64,000 nt of DNA, taken from positions 8,928,001-8,992,000 of the forward strand of contig OZ024742.1 in NCBI GenBank assembly GCA_964016885.1, in the 5' to 3' direction. Position 1 is the first letter of the stretch, and each line of letters begins with the position of its first letter. The stretch comes from Eledone cirrhosa. Lineage: Eukaryota. Shown here in pieces: positions 27,401 through 33,400 of this stretch. Both the position numbers and the translations under genes were made by a program. Below the pieces are notes generated by a model. That model was not told where the DNA came from. It saw only the letters and a list, made by a program, of their open reading frames with translations, and did not search any database.

Positions 27401-30400
27401 ACAGCACCAACTCCAGCAGTTCACATTACAGCACCAACTCCAGCAGTTCACATTACAGCACAAACTCGAGCAGTTCACATCACAGCACCAACTCCAGCAG
27501 TTCACATCACAGCACCAACTCCAGCTGTTCACATTGCAGCACCAACTCCAGCAGTTCACATCACAGCACCAACTCCAGCAGTTCACATTACAGCACCAAC
27601 TCCAGCAGTTCACATCACAGCACCTACTCCAGCAGTTCACATTACAGTACCAAATCCAGCAGTTCACATTGCAGCACCAACTCCAGCAGTTCACATTACA
27701 GTACCAACTCCAGCAGTTCACATTACAGCACCAACTCCAGCAATTCACATTACAGCACCAACTCCAGCAGTTCAAATTACAGCACCAACTCCAGCAGTTC
27801 ACATCACAGCACCAACTCCAGCAGATCACATTACAGTACCAACTCCAGCAGTTCACATTACAGCACCAACTCCAGCAGTTCACATTGCAGCACCAGCTCC
27901 AGCAGTTCACATTACAGCACCAACTCCAGCAGTTCACATTACAGCACCAACTCCAGCAGTTCACATCACAGCACCAACTCCAGCAGTTCACATCACAGTA
28001 CCAACTCCAGCAGTTCACATCACAGCACCAACTCCAGCAGTTCACATTACAGCACCAGCTCCAGCAGTTCACATCACAGCACCAACTCTAGCAGTTCACA
28101 TCACAGCACCAACTGCAGCAGTTCACATTACAGCACCAACTCCAGCAGTTCACATTACAGCACCAACTCCAGCAGTTCACATTACAGCACCAACTCCAGC
28201 AGTTCACATTACAGCACCAACTCCAGCAGTTCACATTACAGCACCAACTCCAGCAGTTCACATCACAGCACCAACTCCAGCAGTTCACATCACAGCACCA
28301 ACTCCAGCAGTTCACATTGCAGCACCAACTCCAGCAGTTCACATTACAGCACCAACAACAGCAGTTCACATTACAGTACCAACTCCAGCAGTTCACATCA
28401 CAGCACCAACTCCAGCTGTTCATATTACAGTACCAACTCCAGCTGTTCACATCACAGCACCAACTCCAGCAGTTCACATCACAGCACCAAGTCCAGCAGT
28501 TCACATCACTGCACCAACTCCAGCTGTTCACATCACAGCACCAACTCCAGCTGTTCACATCACAGCACCAACTCCAGCAGTTCACATTACAGCACCAACT
28601 CCAGCAGTTCACATCACAGCACCAACTCCAGCAGTTCACATCACAGCACCAACTCCAGCAGTTCACATTACAGCACTAACTCCAGCAGTTCACATCACAG
28701 CACCAACTCCAACAGTTCACATCACAGCACCAACTCGAGCAGTTCACATTACAGCACCAACTCCAGCAGTTCACATTACAGCACCAACTCCAGCAGTTCA
28801 CATCACAGCACCAACTCCAGCAGTTCACATTACAGCACCAACTCCTGCAGTTCACATTACAGCACCAACTCCAGCAGTTCACATTACAGCACCAACTCCA
28901 GCAGTTCACGTCACAGCACTAACTCCAGCAGTTCACATCACAGTACCAACTCCAGCAGTTCACATTACAGCACCAACTCCAGCAGTTCACATTACAGCAC
29001 CAACTCCAGCAGTTCACATTACAGCACCAACTCTAGCAGTTCACATCACAGCACCAACTCCAGCAGTTCATATTACAGTACCAACTCCAGCAGTTCACAT
29101 TACAGCACTAACTCCAGCAGTTCACATCACAGCACCAACTCCAGCAGTTCACATCACAGCACCAACTCCAGCAGTTCACATTACAGCACCAACTCCAGCA
29201 GTTCACATTACAGCACCAACTCCAGCAGTTCACATCACAGCACCAACTCCAGCAGTTCACATTACAGCACCAACTCCAGCAGTTCACATCACAGCACCAA
29301 CTCCAGCAGTTCACATCACAGCACCAACTTCAACAGTTCACATTACAGCACCAACTCCAGCAGTTCACATTACAGTACCAACTCCAGCAGTTCACATTGC
29401 AGCACCAACTCCAGCAGTTCACATCACAGCACCAACTCCAGCTGTTCACATTACAGTACCAACTCCAGCAGTTCACATCACAGCACCAACTCCAGCAGTT
29501 CACATCACAGCACCAACTCCAGCAGTTCACATTACAGTACCAACTCCAGCAGTTCACATTACAGCACCAACTCCAGCAGTTCACATTACAGCACCAACTC
29601 CAGCAGTTCACATTACTGTACCAACTCCAGCAGTTCACAGTACAGTACCAACTCCAGCAGTTCACGTTACAGCACCAAATCCAGCAGTTCACATTACAGC
29701 ACCAGCTCCAGCAGTTCACATTGCAGCACCAACTCCAGCAGTTCACATTACAACACCAACTCCAGCAGTTCACATTACAGCACCGACTCCAGCAGTTCAC
29801 ATCACAGCACCAACTCCAGCAGTTCACATCACACCACCAACTCCAGCAGTTCACATTACAGCACCAACTCCAGCAGTTCACATCACAGCACCAACTCCAG
29901 CAGTTCACATTACAGCACCAACTCCAGCAGTTCAAATTACAGCACCAACTCCAGCAGTTCACATTACAGCACCAACTCCAGCTGTACACATTACAGCACC
30001 ACATCCAGCAGTTCACATCACAGCACCAACTCCAGCAGTTCACATCACAGCACCAACTCCAGCAGTTCACATTACAGCACCAACTCCAGCAGTTCAAATT
30101 ACAGCACCAACTCCAGCAGTTCACATTACAGCACCAACTCCAGCTGTTCACATTACAGCACCACATCCAGCAGTTCACATCACAGCACCAACTCCAGCAG
30201 TTCACATTACAGCACCAACTCCAGCAGTTCACATTACAGCACCAACTCCAGCAGTTCACATTACAGCACCAACTCCAGCTGTTCACATTACCGCACCAAC
30301 TCCAGCTGTTCACATTACAGTACCAACTCCAGCAGTTCACATTGCAGCACCAACTCCAGCAGTTCACATTACAGCACCAACTTCAGCAGTTCACATTACA

Positions 30401-33400
30401 GCACCAACTCCAGCAGTTCACATTACATCACCAACTCCAGCAGTTCACATTACAGCACCAACTCCAGCAGTTCATATTACAGTACCAACTCCAGCAGTTC
30501 ACATTGCAGCACCAACTCCAGCAGTTCACATCACAACACCAACTCCAGCAGTTCACATTACAGCACCAGCTCCAGCAGTTCACATCACAGCACCAACTCC
30601 AGCAGTTCACATCACAGTACCAACTGCAGCAGTTCACATTACAGCACCAACTCCAGCAGTTCACATTACAGCACCAACTCCAGCAGTTCACATTACAGTA
30701 CCAAATCCAGCAGTTCACATTACAGCACCAACTCCAGCAGTTCACATTACAGCACCAACTCCAGCAGTTCACATTACAGCACAAACTCGAGCAGTTCACA
30801 TCACAGCACCAACTCCAGCAGTTCACATCACAGCACCAACTCCAGCTGTTCACATTGCAGCACCAACTCCAGCAGTTCACATCACAGCACCAACTCCAGC
30901 AGTTCACATCACAGTACCAACTCCAGCAGTTCACATTACAGCACCAACTCCAGCAGTTCACATCACAGCACCTACTCCAGCAGTTCACATTACAGTACCA
31001 AATCCAGCAGTTCACATTACAGCACCAACTCCAGCAGTTCACATTGCAGCACCAGCTCCAGCAGTTCACATTACAGCACCAACTCCAGCAGTTCACATTA
31101 CAGCACCAATTCCAGCAGTTCACATCACAGCACCAACTCCAGCAGTTCACATTACAGCACCAACTCCAGCAGTTCACATTACAGCACCAACTCCAGCAGT
31201 TCACATTACAGCACCAACTCCAGCAGTTCACATTACAGCACCAACTCCAGCAGTTCACATCACAGCACCAACTCCAGCAGTTCACATCACAGCACCAATT
31301 CCAGCAGTTCACATTACAGCACCAACTCCAGCAGTTCACATTACAGCACCAACAACAGCAGTTCACATTACAGTACCAACTCCAGCAGTTCACATCACAG
31401 CACCAACTCCAGCTGTTCACATTACAGTACCAACTCCAGCTGTTCACATCACAGCACCAACTCCAGCAGTTCACATCACAGCACCAAGTCCAGCAGTTCA
31501 CATCACAGCACCAACTCCAGCTGTTCACATCACAGCACCAACTCCAGCTGTTCACATCACAGCACCAACTCCAGCAGTTCACATTACAGCACCAACTCCA
31601 GCAGTTCACATCACAGCACCAACTCCAGCAGTTCACATCACAGCACCAACTCCAGCAGTTCACATTACAGCACTAACTCCAGCAGTTCACATCACAGCAC
31701 CAACTCCAGCAGTTCACATCACAGCACCAACTCGAGCAGTTCACATTACAGCACCAACTCCAGCAGTTCACATTACAGCACCAACTCCAGCAGTTCACAT
31801 CACATCACCAACTCCAGCAGTTCACATTACAGCACCAACTCCTGCAGTTCACATTACAGCACCAACTCCAGCAGTTCACATTACAGCACCAACTCCAGCA
31901 GTTCACGTCACAGCACCAACTCCAGCAGTTCACATCACAGTACCAACTCCAGCAGTTCACATTACAGCACCAACTCCAGCAGTTCACATTACAGCACCAA
32001 CTCCAGCAGTTCACATTACAGCACCAACTCTAGCAGTTCCCATCACAGCACCAACTCCAGCAGTTCACATTACAGTACCAACTCCAGCAGTTCACATTAC
32101 AGCACTAACTCCAGCAGTTCACATCACAGCACCAACTCCAGCAGTTCACATCACAGCACCAACTCCAGCAGTTCACATCACATCACCAACTCCAGCAGTT
32201 CACATTACAGCACCAACTCCAGCAGTTCACATCACAGCACCAACTCCAGCAGTTCACACCACAGCACCAACTTCAACAGTTCACATTACAGCACCAACTC
32301 CAGCAGTTCACATTACAGTACCAACTCCAGCAGTTCACAGTACAGTACCAACTCCAGCAGTTCACGTTACAGCACCAACTCCAGCAGTTCACATTACAGC
32401 ACCAACTCCAGCAGTTCACATTACAGCACCAGCTCCAGCAGTTCACATCACAGCACCAACTCCAGCAGTTCACATCACACCACCAACTCCAGCAGTTCAC
32501 ATTACAGCACCAACTCCAGCAGTTCACATCACAGCACCAACTCCAGCAGTTCACATTACAGCACCAACTCCAGCAGTTCAAATTACAGCACCAACTCCAG
32601 CAGTTCACATTACAGCACCAACTCCAGCTGTACACATTACGGCACCACATCCAGCAGTTCACATCACAGCACCAACTCCAGCAGTTCACATCACAGCACC
32701 AACTCCAGCAGTTCACATTACAGCACCAACTCCAGCAGTTCAAATTACAGCACCAACTCCAGCAGTTCACATTACAGCACCAACTCCAGCTGTTCACATT
32801 ACAGCACCACATCCAGCAGTTCACATCACAGCACCAACTCCAGCAGTTCACATTACAACACCAACTCCAGCAGTTCACATTACAGCACCAACTCCAGCAG
32901 TTCACATTACAGCACCAACTCCAGCTGTTCACATTACCGCACCAACTCCAGCTGTTCACATTACAGTACCAACTCCAGCAGTTCACATTGCAGCACCAAC
33001 TCCAGCAGTTCACATTACAGCACCAACTTCAGCAGTTCACATTACAGCACCAACTCCAGCAGTTCACATTACATCACCAACTCCAGCAGTTCACATTACA
33101 GCACCAACTCCAGCAGTTCATATTACAGTACCAACTCCAGCAGTTCACATCGCAGCACCAACTCCAGCAGTTCACATTACAGCACCAACTCCAGCAGTTC
33201 ACATTACAGCACCAACTCCAGCTGTTCACATTACAGCACCAACTCCAGCTGTTCACATTACAGTACCAACTCCAGCAGTTCACATTGCAGCACCAACTCC
33301 AGCAGTTCACATTACAGCACCAACTCCAGCAGTTCACATTACAGCACCAACTCCAGCAGTTCACATTACAGCACCAACTCCAGCAGTTCACATTACAGCA

